A stretch of 64,000 nucleotides of DNA from Malacoraja senta (taxonomy: Eukaryota). The number at the start of each line of letters is the position of its first letter. Within the stretch, counting starts at the first letter, position 1. The stretch lies in the NCBI GenBank assembly GCA_038087875.1, contig CM076002.1, positions 372,001 through 436,000 on the forward strand, in the 5' to 3' direction. Under the pieces are notes generated by a model. That model was not told the DNA's origin. It did not search any database and worked only from the letters and a program-made list of their open reading frames with translations. A program made the position numbers and the translations under genes. This document shows positions 63,190 to 64,000 of this stretch, in pieces.

Positions 63190-64000
63190 CAGAAACATAG
63201 AAACATAGAAAATAGGTGCAGGAGGAGGCCATTCGGCCCTTCTAGCCAGCACCGCCATTCATTGTGATCATGGCTGATCGTCCCCAATCAATAACCCGTG
63301 CCTGCCCTCTCCCCATATCCCTTGATTCCACTAGCCCCTAGAGCTCTATCTAACTATCTCTTAAATCCATCCAGTGACCTGGCCTCCACTGCCCTCTGTG
63401 GCAGGGAATTCCATAAATTCACAACTCTCTGGGTGAAAAAGTTTTTTCTCACCTCAGTCTTAAATGACCTCCCCTTTATTCTAAGACCGTGGCCCCTGGT
63501 TCTGGACTCGCCCAACATTGGGAAAAAAATTCCTGCATCTAGCTTGTCCAGTCCTTTTATAATTTTATATGTTTCTATAAGATGCCCCCTCATCCTTCTA
63601 AACTCCAGTAAATACAAGCCTAGTCTTTTCAATCTTTCCTCATATGACAGTTCCGCTATCCCAGGGATCAATCTCGTGAACCTATGCTGCAATGCCTCAA
63701 TCACATGGATGTCCTTCCTCAAATTAGGAGAACAAAACTGTACGCAATACTCCAGATGTGGTCTTACCAGAGCTGTATACAACTGCAGAAGAACCTCTCT
63801 ACTCCTATACTGAAATCCTCTTGTTATGAAGGCCAACATTCCATTCGCTTTCTTCACTGCCTGCTGTACCTGCACGTCAACTTTCAGTGACTGGTGTACA
63901 AGGACACCCAGGTCTCACTGTACCTCCCCCTTACCTAACCTAACCCCATTGAGATAATAATCTGCGCCCTTGTTTTTGCCACCAAAGTGGATAACCTCAC
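63190..64000 (-). mobile_element. CR1 3' portion running off the window (older CR1 scrap at 62760-63185)
   Basis: ORF 63354-63875 CR1 ORF2 C-terminus; (AAACATAG)n tail. Confidence 0.92.

Overview
Eukaryotic, repeat-saturated vertebrate genomic DNA. The repeat repertoire (CR1 LINEs with esterase ORF1, a V-SINE/HE1-like SINE, Penelope-like elements) points to a cartilaginous fish such as a skate or ray; this is inference. The only clear host gene is a very-large-inducible-GTPase (GVIN1/VLIG/URGCP family) on the minus strand at about 30.3-34.8 kb, broken near its 3' end by two in-frame stops and an apparent deletion. Most of the rest is nested mobile DNA. It includes many CR1 copies, a full-length but interrupted L1, two Rex1/Babar LINEs, a HERO-type RLE retrotransposon, Penelope-like elements, SINEs, and Harbinger-like and hAT-like MITEs. 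Two decayed class I-like endogenous retroviruses are present: one has a tRNA-Ser PBS, the other has env, both LTRs and a 4-bp TSD. There is a 200-N assembly gap at 8452-8651. The most unusual signal is in the HERO 3' UTR (11732-11796), where all hammerhead-ribozyme core elements are present in a rearranged, non-circularly permuted strand order.
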